From: Candidatus Rokuibacteriota bacterium | GTDB taxonomy: Bacteria > Methylomirabilota > Methylomirabilia > Rokubacteriales > CSP1-6 | NCBI GenBank assembly: GCA_030647435.1 | Contig: JAUSJX010000081.1 | Location: 2,913-66,912 of the forward strand | Direction of reading: 5' to 3' | DNA: 64,000 bases | Shown: positions 1 to 9,730 of the stretch, in pieces | How positions within the stretch are numbered: position 1 is the first letter of the stretch | Layout of the letters: each line of letters begins with the position of its first letter | The notes under the pieces: model-generated | What the model was told of the DNA's origin: nothing | Database searches by the model: none | What the model saw: the letters and a program-made list of their open reading frames with translations, nothing else | Position numbers and translations under genes: made by a program

Positions 1-719
1 AGGACACGCTCGCCTATGGCAGGGAGCTGCCCGGAAACGGCGACATCGGCGATTTGCTCCTCGCGCTCTCTGAGACGCGCATGCCGTGGATCAGGCCCAT
101 GTACGTCCACCCAGCGCACGTAAACGATCGCCTGGTGGACAAGTGGCGGCGCGCGCGCGTCGTGCCGTATCTCGACATGCCGGTGCAGCACGGCGACGAT
201 GCGATCCTCCGGGCCATGCGCCGCGCCGTCACCGCGCGACGGATGAGAGAGATCGTGGCGCAGTTCCGCGAAGCCATCCCGGGCGTCACGATCCGCACGA
301 CGGTCCTCGTGGGCTTTCCCGGCGAGACGGACGCCGCTTTCGACAACCTCCTGTCTTTCGTCGAGGACACGGCCTTCGACCGCCTGGGCGTCTTCACCTA
401 CTCGGTCGAGGAGGGCACGCCTGCGGCAACCATGCCTGACCAGGTGCCCGCGGACGTGATGGCGGCGCGCGCGCACCAGGTCCAGGACCTTCAGGATAGC
501 CTCGCCTGGGAGCGTCAGAAGGCGCTCTACGGCACGAAGCAGACCGTCCTGGTGGACGGCGCGAGCGCCGATCCCGCCTTCCCCTTCGAGGGGAGGACGG
601 CGGGACAGGCGCCGGAAATCGACGGCGTCGTCTACCTCCGCGATCCCGAGCTCAGCCCCGGACGCTTCGCAGAGGTCCGCATCGTCGAAGTGGACGGCTA
701 CGAGCTCGTGGGGGAATAG
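1..719 (+). CDS. rimO: Ribosomal protein S12 methylthiotransferase RimO, C-terminal part (5' end outside window)
   Basis: Frame-0 ORF ending at 719. Radical-SAM MTTase C-terminal/TRAM-like region (VLVGFPGETD...GVFTYSVEEGTPA...VRIVEVDGYELVGE). Confidence 0.75.
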   Translation, partial: DTLAYGRELPGNGDIGDLLLALSETRMPWIRPMYVHPAHVNDRLVDKWRRARVVPYLDMPVQHGDDAILRAMRRAVTARRMREIVAQFREAIPGVTIRTTVLVGFPGETDAAFDNLLSFVEDTAFDRLGVFTYSVEEGTPAATMPDQVPADVMAARAHQVQDLQDSLAWERQKALYGTKQTVLVDGASADPAFPFEGRTAGQAPEIDGVVYLRDPELSPGRFAEVRIVEVDGYELVGE

Positions 720-812
720 CCGATCCGCATCGCGGACCGCCTGGCCTTCGTTATCGCCAGCGGCGCGGGCGCGGGCTACTTCCCCGTTGCGCCCGGCACC
801 GCCGGCAGCCTG

Positions 813-1187
813 GTGGCGGCCGTCGGGCTCTGGCTCATCCCGTTCTCCCGCGTCGGCCTCTGGGCCGCGCTGGCGGCGGTCGTCGTCGTCGGGATCTGGG
901 CCTCGCACCGCGTCGAGGCCGTGCTCGAGCGCAAGGATCCCGGCGTGATCGTCATCGACGAGGTGGCGGGTATGATGGTGGCGGTCCTGCTCCTGCCCCG
1001 CACCCTCGGTGTCCTCCTCTGCGCATTCCTCCTCTTCCGGCTCTTCGACATCTGGAAGCCCTTCCCGGCGCGCGAGGTCGAGGCCCTGCGCGGCGGCTTC
1101 GGCGTCGTGGCGGACGACCTGATCGCGGGCGTCTACGCCCTCGTGCTGATCATGGGCGCGCGGATGCTCTTCGGAGTGCCTCGGTGA
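813..1187 (+). CDS. pgpA: Phosphatidylglycerophosphatase A
   Basis: Hydrophobic PgpA-like ORF. The conserved N-terminal motif (ASGAGAGYFPVAPGTAGSL) lies upstream of the ORF-track ATG, so the true start is probably near 723-740 with a non-ATG codon. Confidence 0.65.
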   Translation: MAAVGLWLIPFSRVGLWAALAAVVVVGIWASHRVEAVLERKDPGVIVIDEVAGMMVAVLLLPRTLGVLLCAFLLFRLFDIWKPFPAREVEALRGGFGVVADDLIAGVYALVLIMGARMLFGVPR

Positions 1188-2407
1188 GCCCGGCTCATGT
1201 GCTCACGGTGGCGGACGGCGCGGCCGACGACAGGGCGGCCCGTGACGTGGCGCGCGCGCTGGCCGCAGCGGGCACCCTGGTCGCGTCGCGCCAGGTGGTG
1301 GACCCGAGCGAGGCGGCGCTCGAGCCCGCGCTGCGCGGACCGCTCGAGGGCGGCGGGCTCACGGTCGTGCTCGCAGAGCCCGGTGGCTCGGCGGGTGAGT
1401 TGGTGCCCCGCGTGGTCGCGCGCCTCACTGGCGCGCGGCTCGTCCTCAACGAGCGGCGCCTGGCGCTGCTCGAGGCCTCGTTTGCCCAGCGCGGCCAGGC
1501 CATGCCGAGGCGGCTCGACAGGCTCGGACTCTTGCCCAAGGGCGCCCTACTTCTGCCGTCGGCGCCCGACGGCTGGGATGGCTGGTCGCTCGCGGGGAAG
1601 AACGGAGTCCTCGTCGTCCTGCCCCTGGGCTCTCCACACCTCGGGAGCATGGTGAGCGACTTTCTCAAGGCGCCGGCCGGACTCGAAGCGGCGGAGGCGC
1701 TCGTCCAGCGCGTGCTCCTGACGACCGGACTCGAAGCGGCGGATGCCGAGGCGCGCGTCGGTGCATGGCTCGGCAAGGAGGGCGACGTCACGGTCTCCTG
1801 CGTGCCCGTCGAGGGCGACGTCCATGTGCGCCTGCTCGGGCGCGGCGCCACTCGCGCGCTGGCCGAGTCCGCGCTGGCGCCGGTCGAGGCCGAGGTGCGC
1901 GCGGCGCTCGGCGCCGACTGCTACGGCCGGGACGACGACCTCCTCGAGGAGGTTGTCGGGCGGCTCCTCTTGGAGCGCGCGTGGACCGTGTCGGTCGCCG
2001 AGTCGTGCACGGGCGGCCTCCTCGGCCACCGGCTGACCAATATCGCGGGTTCGTCGCGTTACGTCGAGCGCGGGGTCATCGTTTACTCGAACCGCGCCAA
2101 GGAAGACCTCCTCGGCGTCCCCGAGCCGCTCCTGCGCGCCCACGGCGCCGTCAGCGCGCCCGTCGCCCAGGCGATGGCGGCGGGCGTCTGCCGCATCTCG
2201 GGCTCGCCCTGCGGCTTGGCCGTCACGGGCATCGCCGGCCCGGACGGCGGCAGCGCGGAGAAGCCGGTCGGCACGGTCTACATCGGCTGCGCGACGCCGG
2301 CCGGCGTTGAGACGCGCCGCTGTCGCTTCGCCGGCGACCGCGTGGCCATCAAGTGGCAGTCCTCCCAAGCGGCGCTCGACATGCTTCGCCGCCGGCTGGT
2401 GCCCTGA
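1184..2407 (+). CDS. cinA: CinA family competence/damage-inducible protein (MocF-like N-domain plus NMN amidohydrolase C-domain)
   Basis: C-terminal motif VAESCTGGLLG...GIAGPDGG typical of CinA/PncC. Start overlaps the pgpA stop. Confidence 0.8.
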   Translation: MSPAHVLTVADGAADDRAARDVARALAAAGTLVASRQVVDPSEAALEPALRGPLEGGGLTVVLAEPGGSAGELVPRVVARLTGARLVLNERRLALLEASFAQRGQAMPRRLDRLGLLPKGALLLPSAPDGWDGWSLAGKNGVLVVLPLGSPHLGSMVSDFLKAPAGLEAAEALVQRVLLTTGLEAADAEARVGAWLGKEGDVTVSCVPVEGDVHVRLLGRGATRALAESALAPVEAEVRAALGADCYGRDDDLLEEVVGRLLLERAWTVSVAESCTGGLLGHRLTNIAGSSRYVERGVIVYSNRAKEDLLGVPEPLLRAHGAVSAPVAQAMAAGVCRISGSPCGLAVTGIAGPDGGSAEKPVGTVYIGCATPAGVETRRCRFAGDRVAIKWQSSQAALDMLRRRLVP

Positions 2408-2997
2408 TGCCGCGCGCCTTCGTCGCCGTCGTGCTGGACGAGCAGACGAGGCGGACCGTCGCTGCGCAGATCGACCGTCTGCGCCCGCTCTCCAAGACCG
2501 TCGCCTGGGTGCCGCCCCACAACCTCCACCTGACGCTCCGATTCCTCGGCGACCAGACAGAGGAGCAGCTGGCGGACGTGGTGCCGGCTCTCGAGGAGGC
2601 TGCCTCGGGCGTGCCGACCTTCACGCTGAGTCTCAAGGGGTTGGGCGCCTTCCCCGCCCTCGACCATCCGCGCACCCTCTGGGTCGGTGTCTCCGAGGGC
2701 GTGCAGGACGTGCAACGGCTGCAGGCCCGCGTGGCCGAGGCGCTCGAGAGGCGGGGCGTCCCGATCGAAGCGCGCGCCTGGCAGGCGCACGTCACCATCG
2801 GCCGCGTCACCGACGAGAAGCGCTGGCGGCGCGAGGGCATGCCGGAGCTCCGCTCGGCGGTGGTGCGCGGGGCCGCCACGCCCTTCGGCTCGATGCCCGT
2901 CGCCTCGATCGCGCTCATGCGGAGCGACCTCTACACTTCGGGGGCTCGCTACACGGGCATCGCCTCCGTGCCGCTGTCCTCCGAGTACGACGTCTGA
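2407..2997 (+). CDS. thpR: RNA 2',3'-cyclic phosphodiesterase (2'-5' RNA ligase LigT/ThpR family)
   Basis: Two H-x-T/S-x motifs (HLTLRFLG and HVTIGRV). ATG at 2407 overlaps the cinA TGA as ATGA. Confidence 0.75.
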   Translation: MPRAFVAVVLDEQTRRTVAAQIDRLRPLSKTVAWVPPHNLHLTLRFLGDQTEEQLADVVPALEEAASGVPTFTLSLKGLGAFPALDHPRTLWVGVSEGVQDVQRLQARVAEALERRGVPIEARAWQAHVTIGRVTDEKRWRREGMPELRSAVVRGAATPFGSMPVASIALMRSDLYTSGARYTGIASVPLSSEYDV

Positions 2998-3153
2998 CTC
3001 CCCGCCGCGTATCGCTTTCGGGACATTGACACGCCGGAAGAGCGCGTCAGGATGGATGTGTCGGACGCGCTGATTGACTTTGGGGTCCACGGGCCCCTAC
3101 AATGATGAAACTGCTCGTCGAATTGGGCGTTTACGCGCCTCGGAGGAGAACCC

Positions 3154-5283
3154 ATGGCTGAAGTAGCGAAGAGCGATCGGCGGCAGGCCCTCGACCTGGC
3201 CATCGCGTCCATCGACCGTCAGTTCGGCAAGGGTGCCATCATGCGCCTGGGCCAGGGGGGCGTGTTCGACGAGATCTCGGTCATCCCGACCGGGGCGCTC
3301 TCCCTCGACGTCGCGCTCGGCATCGGCGGCATCCCGCGCGGTCGCGTCACCGAGATCTACGGGCCGGAGTCCTCCGGCAAGACGACGCTGGCGCTGCACA
3401 TCATCGCGGAAGCCCAGCACATGGGCGGCACGGCCGCCTTCATCGACGCCGAGCACGCCCTCGACCCGAAGTACGCCAAGAACCTCGGCGTCAATACCGA
3501 CGAGCTCCTGATCTCCCAGCCGGACACCGGGGAGCAGGCGCTCGAGATCGCCGAGACGCTCGTGCGCTCGAACGCCGTGGACGCGATCGTGATCGACTCG
3601 GTCGCGGCGCTCGTGCCGCGGGCCGAGCTCGACGGCGACATGGGCGACTCGCTGCCGGGCCTGCAGGCGCGGCTCATGTCCCAGGCGCTCCGCAAGCTCA
3701 CGGCGGCCATCGCGCGCTCCGGCGGCGCCGTGATCTTCATCAACCAGATCCGCGAAAAAATAGGCGTCATGTTCGGCTGTTTCCACTACACGACGCGAGT
3801 CGTCCTGGCCGATGGAAGCACGGAGAAGATCGGCAAGCTGGTGAACCAGCGTCGAGCCGTGGAAGTCCTCTCGTACGATTCCGCCACGGGTCGGATCGAG
3901 CCGCGCCGCGTGGTGAACTGGTTCGACAACGGCCGTGTCGATCATTTCCTCCAGTTCGAGGTCGAAGGGGGACGGTCCGGTCGCCGCCATTTTGGAGCCA
4001 CGGAGAGCCACGTCATCTTCACTCCTAACGGACCGACCGCGGCCGCCGATCTGGAGGTTGGTGATGAGGTGCTCGTCTCGGTACGAGACTACGACCTCAC
4101 GGCCGGCCAGTGGCAGGTGATCCTCGGCGGCAGCTTCGGGGACGGTTCCCTCCGGAAGGTGGGCACGCACGCGGCGTCGTTCCGGGTAGGGCACAGCGAA
4201 GCGCAGAAGGACTATCTGCGCTGGAAACACTCGATGCTGGCGCCGTTCTCGAGTCCCATTCGCCGCACGGGCAATGGGTTCGGCTTTGACACGCTGGCAA
4301 TTCCGGCGCTCGCCGATCTGCGGAGCCACTACTACGGCACCGGCCGCGAGCGTCTCGCTGCCCAGGCCGTTCTCGACCGGCTCGATACGCGGGGGCTGGC
4401 CGTTTGGTACGCCGATGACGGGTCATTCATGGGGTCCTATGCCCGCTGGGGCAAGGGCAAAGCCGTGCTCTACAACACGGCCCTCTCAGCGGAATCCCGC
4501 GCTCGTGTGGTGGGTCTCTTTGAGCGCCTCGGTATCGGGCACCCCCGCGATGACGGCCGGGGTTTCTGGCTCTCCTCGGAGCAGACCGCCACATTCCACC
4601 GGATGATCGCGCCGTATGTGCATCCCTCGATGGACTTCAAGCTCCATCCGAGCGAGCGAGGCCGGTTCGAGTGGCAGCCCGAGCTCGACGGATCCGTGGC
4701 GCCCCTGGCGAATCGTGCCCGCTTGCGCGCAGTGCCGGCCCGTATCCTGAAGCGGTACGTCAAGCCCGCAACCCGTTCGACCCACCGCTTCGATCTGGAA
4801 ATTGAAGGGAATCACACCTACCTCGTGGACGGCGTGGTCGTGCACAACTCGCCCGAGACGACCACGGGAGGCCGGGCTCTCAAGTTCTACTCGTCCATCC
4901 GCCTCGACATCCGGCGGCAGGAGGCGATCAAGAACGGCACCGAGTCGATCGGCGTGCACACCAAGGTCAAGGTCGTGAAGAACAAGCTCGCGCCGCCGTT
5001 CCGCGAGGCGGAGTTCGACGTCATCTACGGCGAGGGCATCTCCAAGGAAGGTTCCGTCCTCGATGCCGCGGTCGAGCAGAACCTCGTCGAGAAGTCCGGC
5101 ACCTGGCACACGTACGGGACAGAGCGGATCGGCCAGGGCCGCGAGAACGCCAAGAAGTACCTCAAGGACAACCCCAAGATTCTGGCGGACCTCGAGGTCA
5201 AGGTGCGCGCGGCGCTGGGCCTCAAGCCGGTCGGTGGCGGGCCGGCGCCGGTGCGCGCCGAGCCCCAGAAAGCGGCCAAGTAG
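3154..5283 (+). CDS. recA: Recombinase RecA precursor interrupted by an in-frame intein (exteins 3154-3777 and 4849-5283)
   Basis: N-extein carries the Walker A motif GPESSGKTT and ends ...[16 protein letters not shown]-extein resumes [23 protein letters not shown]... through the RecA C-terminus. Shine-Dalgarno GGAGGAG lies upstream of the ATG. Confidence 0.92.
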   Translation: MAEVAKSDRRQALDLAIASIDRQFGKGAIMRLGQGGVFDEISVIPTGALSLDVALGIGGIPRGRVTEIYGPESSGKTTLALHIIAEAQHMGGTAAFIDAEHALDPKYAKNLGVNTDELLISQPDTGEQALEIAETLVRSNAVDAIVIDSVAALVPRAELDGDMGDSLPGLQARLMSQALRKLTAAIARSGGAVIFINQIREKIGVMFGCFHYTTRVVLADGSTEKIGKLVNQRRAVEVLSYDSATGRIEPRRVVNWFDNGRVDHFLQFEVEGGRSGRRHFGATESHVIFTPNGPTAAADLEVGDEVLVSVRDYDLTAGQWQVILGGSFGDGSLRKVGTHAASFRVGHSEAQKDYLRWKHSMLAPFSSPIRRTGNGFGFDTLAIPALADLRSHYYGTGRERLAAQAVLDRLDTRGLAVWYADDGSFMGSYARWGKGKAVLYNTALSAESRARVVGLFERLGIGHPRDDGRGFWLSSEQTATFHRMIAPYVHPSMDFKLHPSERGRFEWQPELDGSVAPLANRARLRAVPARILKRYVKPATRSTHRFDLEIEGNHTYLVDGVVVHNSPETTTGGRALKFYSSIRLDIRRQEAIKNGTESIGVHTKVKVVKNKLAPPFREAEFDVIYGEGISKEGSVLDAAVEQNLVEKSGTWHTYGTERIGQGRENAKKYLKDNPKILADLEVKVRAALGLKPVGGGPAPVRAEPQKAAK
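3778..4848 (+). mobile_element. RecA intein (357 aa) with LAGLIDADG homing-endonuclease domain
   Basis: Begins with Cys (CFHYTT...) immediately after RecA ...GVMFG and ends ...VVHN followed by a +1 Ser (SPETTTGG). Two LAGLIDADG-like motifs ([11 protein letters not shown] and [11 protein letters not shown]). Local GC is visibly lower than the flanking recA exteins. Confidence 0.85.
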
Positions 5284-5291
5284 GAGCGACC

Positions 5292-6452
5292 ATGGACTTC
5301 CACCAGCTCCTGAGCGAGTGCGTGAAGCGCAGCGCCTCCGACCTGCACCTCAAGTCTGGCTCGCGCCCCATCGTGCGCGTGCACGGCCACCTCGAGACGC
5401 AGGACGACCTTCCGGCGGTGACGCGCGACTTCATGCGCAAGACGGCCATGACGCTGCTGGGCGAGATCCGCTACAACGCGCTGATGGAGGGCGAGGAGAT
5501 GGACCTCGCCCACAGCGTCCCGAGCGTCGGGCGCTTCCGCATCAACGTCTTCCTCTGCCAGGGCGACGTGCGCGCCGTGCTCCGCCACATCCCCGAGCGC
5601 ATCCCGCCCTTCGAGGAGCTGCACCTGCCCAAGGTGCTGGAGCGCCTCTGCCTGGAGCGCCGCGGCATGGTGCTGGTCACCGGCATCACCGGTTCCGGCA
5701 AGACCACGACGCTCGCGGCCATGCTCGACTTCATGAACCGGACGCGCAACGACCACATCGTCACCATCGAGGACCCGGTCGAGTTCGTCCACGAGGACAA
5801 GAAGTGCGTCATCAGCCAGCGCGAGATCGGGCAGGACTCGACGAGCTTCGCGCAGGCGCTGCGCGCCGCCCTCCGCCAGGACCCGGACATTATCCTCGTC
5901 GGCGAGATGCGCGACGCCGAGACGATGGAAGTGGCGCTGCACGCCGCGGAGACGGGCCACCTCGTGCTCTCGACCCTCCACACGCTGAACGCGACCGAGA
6001 CGATCAACCGCATCATCTCGATCTTCCCGCCGCACCAGGAGGACCAGATCCGCGCCCAGCTCTCCGCCGTCATCCAGGGCGTCGTCTCCCAGCGCCTGGT
6101 GGTCCGCGCCGACGGCAAGGGGCGCGTGCCGGCGGTCGAGGTGATGATGATGACCGGTCTCATCCGCGAGTCCATCCGCGAGAGGCTCAAGACGCCGCAG
6201 ATCCCCACCGTCATCGCGGCGGGCCAGGCGCAGTACGGCATGCAGACCTTCGACCAGTCCCTGCTCGGCCTCTACCGCCAGGAGCTCGTGACGTACGAGA
6301 CGGCGCGGGACGCCGCGACCAACCCCGACGACTTCGATCTCAAGATCAAGGGCATCTTCTCCACCGGTGAGATGACCTGGGACGCGAGCAGCCCCGGCTT
6401 CGTGGGCGCCCCCAGCGTCGGCAGGCTGCCGGGCCCCGCCAAGCGGAACTAG
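5292..6452 (+). CDS. pilT: Type IV pilus retraction ATPase PilT (twitching motility)
   Basis: Walker A TGITGSGKTT, Asp box, and the PilT-specific AIRNLIRE-like motif (GLIRESIRE). 386 aa. Confidence 0.85.
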   Translation: MDFHQLLSECVKRSASDLHLKSGSRPIVRVHGHLETQDDLPAVTRDFMRKTAMTLLGEIRYNALMEGEEMDLAHSVPSVGRFRINVFLCQGDVRAVLRHIPERIPPFEELHLPKVLERLCLERRGMVLVTGITGSGKTTTLAAMLDFMNRTRNDHIVTIEDPVEFVHEDKKCVISQREIGQDSTSFAQALRAALRQDPDIILVGEMRDAETMEVALHAAETGHLVLSTLHTLNATETINRIISIFPPHQEDQIRAQLSAVIQGVVSQRLVVRADGKGRVPAVEVMMMTGLIRESIRERLKTPQIPTVIAAGQAQYGMQTFDQSLLGLYRQELVTYETARDAATNPDDFDLKIKGIFSTGEMTWDASSPGFVGAPSVGRLPGPAKRN

Positions 6453-6454
6453 CC

Positions 6455-6994
6455 GTGGCGTCGCGGGGCCGCCGCCCGGCGCGCGGGCCCCGGGAGCGGC
6501 GGGAGCTGGACGCGAAGGCCGCCAAGCTGGCGGCCTTCGACCTTCTCGCCCGCAAGTCCTGGAGCGCCCGCGAGCTGACGAGCCGGCTGAAGCGCCGCGG
6601 CGCGCCCGACGAGATCGCGCGTGCGGTGGTCGCCGAGCTCTGCTCCCGAGGCTACGTGGACGACGCCTCGTTCGCGCGCTTCTGGGCCGAGTCGCGCGCG
6701 CGCGGGCGGCGCGTCGGCAGCCGCCGTCTCCGCCAGGAGCTTCTCCAGAAGGGCATTCCGCGCGACGTGGCCGCCGCGGCGATCGCCGCCGCCTTCGAGG
6801 AGGCGCCCGAGGCTCTGCGGTGCCTCGAGGCGGGACGCCGCCGGCTGCCGGCCCTCCTGCGGGCCGGCCTCCCACGGGCGGCGCCGCGGCTGCGCGACTA
6901 CCTCGTGCGCCGCGGATACCCCCTAGCGGTCGTCATGCGGACGGTCGCGGCGCTCACCGGGACGCGCCCCGACGGAGACGCACCGTCCGACTGA
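6455..6994 (+). CDS. recX: RecA regulator RecX
   Basis: 179-aa Arg-rich helical repeat protein (LAAFDLLARKSWSARELTSRLKRRG...). Sits in the classic recA-recX-alaS arrangement. GTG start. Confidence 0.75.
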   Translation: MASRGRRPARGPRERRELDAKAAKLAAFDLLARKSWSARELTSRLKRRGAPDEIARAVVAELCSRGYVDDASFARFWAESRARGRRVGSRRLRQELLQKGIPRDVAAAAIAAAFEEAPEALRCLEAGRRRLPALLRAGLPRAAPRLRDYLVRRGYPLAVVMRTVAALTGTRPDGDAPSD

Positions 6995-7013
6995 CCCCCG
7001 GTATAATGACGCC

Positions 7014-9701
7014 ATGGCCATGACCGGTAGCGAGCTCCGCCAGCGCTTCCTGGAGTACTTCAGCCGCCACGGGCACACCGTGGTGCGCTCGTCGCCCCTC
7101 GTGCCCGCCCACGACCCGACGCTCCTCTTCACCAACGCCGGGATGGTCCAGTTCAAGAGCGTGTTCCTGGGCGAGGAGCGGCGGGAGTACAAGCGCGCGG
7201 CCACCGTGCAGAAGTGCGTGCGGGCGGGCGGCAAACACAACGACCTGGAGAACGTGGGCCGCACGGCCCGGCACCACACCTTCTTCGAGATGCTGGGCAA
7301 TTTCTCCTTCGGGGACTACTTCAAGGCCGAGGCCGTGGCCTTCTGCTGGGAGCTCCTGACCGGGGAGCTGGGGCTGCCGAAGGACCGGCTCAAGGCGACC
7401 GTCTTCACCGACGACGACGACGCGTTCGCGCTGTGGAAGAAAGTCGCCGGCTTGGGCGACGAGCGCATCCTGCGCCTGGGCGAGAAGGACAATTTCTGGG
7501 CCATGGGTGACACCGGCCCCTGCGGGCCGTGCTCCGAGGTGCACTTCCACCAGGGCGACCATTTCCCGTGCCCGGAGGAGCAGGCGGGCCGGACATGCCT
7601 GGGCCCGGCCTGCGACTGCGACCGCTGGCTCGAGATCTGGAACCTCGTCTTCATGCAGTTCAACCGGGACGCGTCGGGGAAAATGACGCCCCTGCCCAAG
7701 CCCTCGATCGACACGGGCATGGGCCTCGAGCGCCTCGCCGCCGTGATGCAGGGCACGCCGTCCAACTACGACACCGACCTCCTGCGCCCGCTGATCACCC
7801 GCGTCGAGCGCCTCGCGTCGAAGCGCTACGGCGCAGATGCCGAGCACGACGTCTCGATGCGGGTCATCGCCGACCACGCGCGCGCGGCCACCTTCCTCAT
7901 CACCGACGGCGTGACGCCGTCGAACGAGTGGCGCGGCTACGTGCTGCGCCGGATCATGCGCCGGGCCATGCGCCACGGCCGCATGCTCGGGCTCGAGCGG
8001 CCCTTCCTCTGGGAGGTGACCTCGACCGTGGTGGAGATTCTGGGCGGAGCGTACCCGGAGATCATCGAGGCCCGCGGGCACGTCGCGGATGCCGTGAAGC
8101 AGGAGGAGGAGCGCTTCAGCGAGACGCTCGGCCTCGGCACGGCCAAGATCCACGAGTACCTCGAGGCTCATGCCCACGACCCGCGAAAAGTCGCCGACGG
8201 GAAGTTTCTCTTCACGCTCTACGACACCCATGGCTTCCCGACCGATCTCGCGCAGGAGGTCTTCCAGGACGCCGGCTGGTCCGTGCCGCCGGAGGCGATG
8301 CAGCAGTTCGAGACCGAGATGGAGGCCCAGCGCGAGCGCGCGCGGGCGGGCGCTTCTTTCGGCGCGGCGGCCGCCGACGGGGACGGCACGGTCGAGATCT
8401 ATCGCCAGCTCTCGGCGCAGATCGGCAAGCCTGAGTTCCTCGGCTACTCCCAGCTGGCGACGCCCGCGCGGATCCTGGCCCTGGTCGGCGAGGGACGGCG
8501 GCTCACCGAGGCGGTGCAGGGCCAGGTCGTCGAGGTCATCCTCGACCGCACGCCCGCCTATGCCGAGTCCGGCGGCCAGATGGGCGATACCGGCGCCATC
8601 ATGGGGCGCGAGGGGCAGGGGTCCATCGAGGACACGTACTACCGGAGCGGCCATCTGATCGTCCACCGCGTCCGCGTCAACCAGGGGAGGTTGAGGGAAA
8701 ACGAAGAGGTGGCCGTGTCCGTCGAATCGGCCCGGCGCCAGGGTTTGAAACTCCACCACACGGGGACGCACCTGCTCCACGCGGCGCTCAGGAGGGTCCT
8801 CGGCACCCACGTGACGCAGGCGGGTTCGCTGGTCGCGCCCGACCACCTGCGCTTCGACTTCTCCCACGGCGGGCCGCTCAAGGACGGCGAGATCGAGAAG
8901 GTCGAGGATCTCGTCAACGAGCACGTCCAGGCCAACATCGTCGTCACGCCCGCCGAGATGGATCTCCAGGCCGCGCTCAAGAGCGGGGCCATGGCGCTGT
9001 TCGGCGAGAAGTACGGCGACCGCGTGCGCGTCATCCGCATCGGGGATTTCTCCACCGAGCTCTGCGGCGGCACGCACCTCGAGGCCACCGGCCAGATCGG
9101 CCTCTTCAAGGTCGTCTCCGAGGGCGCCGTCGCCTCTGGCGTCCGCCGCATCGAGGCGGTGACGGGCGAGGCCGCGCTGAGACATGTAGGCCGGCAGGAG
9201 GCGGCGCTGCGCGAGTCGGCAGGCCTCCTCAGGATCCCGCCGCTCGAGCTGCCGCGGCGCCTCCAGAAGCTCCTCGACGAGCAGAAGCAGCTCGAAAAGC
9301 AGGTGCAGCAGCTCGAGGCGCGACTCGCGAAGAACAGGGCGCAGGAGCTGGCTCTAGCCGCGAAGACCGTCGCGGGTGTGACCGTGCTGGCGGCGCGCAT
9401 CGACGGCCTCGACGCCGAAGGGCTGCGCTCGGTCGTGGATACGCTGCGCGAACGCATGGGTCCGGGCGTGATCTGTCTGGGATCCTTGATGGATGGGAAG
9501 GTCGCCTTGGTGGCGTCCGTTTCCAAGGACCTGACGAAACGCATTCAGGCCGGGAAGCTCGTGCAGGAGGTGGCGCCGCTCGTCGGCGGCAAGGGCGGTG
9601 GTCGGCCTGACCTGGCGCAGGGCGGCGGCACCGATGCCTCACGGCTCGACGAAGCCTTGGCCCTTGTGCCGGCCTTTATCGAGCGCGCGTACAAGGTCTA
9701 G
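7014..9701 (+). CDS. alaS: Alanine--tRNA ligase
   Basis: 895 aa with the class II AlaRS catalytic core (FTNAGMVQFK, HHTFFEMLGNFSFGDYFK) and a C-terminal editing domain with HTGTHLLH and CGGTH motifs. Confidence 0.95.
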   Translation: MAMTGSELRQRFLEYFSRHGHTVVRSSPLVPAHDPTLLFTNAGMVQFKSVFLGEERREYKRAATVQKCVRAGGKHNDLENVGRTARHHTFFEMLGNFSFGDYFKAEAVAFCWELLTGELGLPKDRLKATVFTDDDDAFALWKKVAGLGDERILRLGEKDNFWAMGDTGPCGPCSEVHFHQGDHFPCPEEQAGRTCLGPACDCDRWLEIWNLVFMQFNRDASGKMTPLPKPSIDTGMGLERLAAVMQGTPSNYDTDLLRPLITRVERLASKRYGADAEHDVSMRVIADHARAATFLITDGVTPSNEWRGYVLRRIMRRAMRHGRMLGLERPFLWEVTSTVVEILGGAYPEIIEARGHVADAVKQEEERFSETLGLGTAKIHEYLEAHAHDPRKVADGKFLFTLYDTHGFPTDLAQEVFQDAGWSVPPEAMQQFETEMEAQRERARAGASFGAAAADGDGTVEIYRQLSAQIGKPEFLGYSQLATPARILALVGEGRRLTEAVQGQVVEVILDRTPAYAESGGQMGDTGAIMGREGQGSIEDTYYRSGHLIVHRVRVNQGRLRENEEVAVSVESARRQGLKLHHTGTHLLHAALRRVLGTHVTQAGSLVAPDHLRFDFSHGGPLKDGEIEKVEDLVNEHVQANIVVTPAEMDLQAALKSGAMALFGEKYGDRVRVIRIGDFSTELCGGTHLEATGQIGLFKVVSEGAVASGVRRIEAVTGEAALRHVGRQEAALRESAGLLRIPPLELPRRLQKLLDEQKQLEKQVQQLEARLAKNRAQELALAAKTVAGVTVLAARIDGLDAEGLRSVVDTLRERMGPGVICLGSLMDGKVALVASVSKDLTKRIQAGKLVQEVAPLVGGKGGGRPDLAQGGGTDASRLDEALALVPAFIERAYKV

Positions 9702-9730
9702 CGACGCTGCTGGAGACAGCCAAACACCGC

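Noticed and set aside
3097-4329. 410-aa minus-strand ORF opposite recA
   Set aside because: Antisense to the RecA N-extein and intein. RecA motifs in the plus frame are unambiguous.
5025-9185. Long minus-strand ORFs (616 aa at 5025-6875 and 743 aa at 6954-9185) opposite pilT/recX/alaS
   Set aside because: Shadow ORFs antisense to strongly supported genes, with Arg/Ala/Gly-rich compositions and no recognisable motifs.
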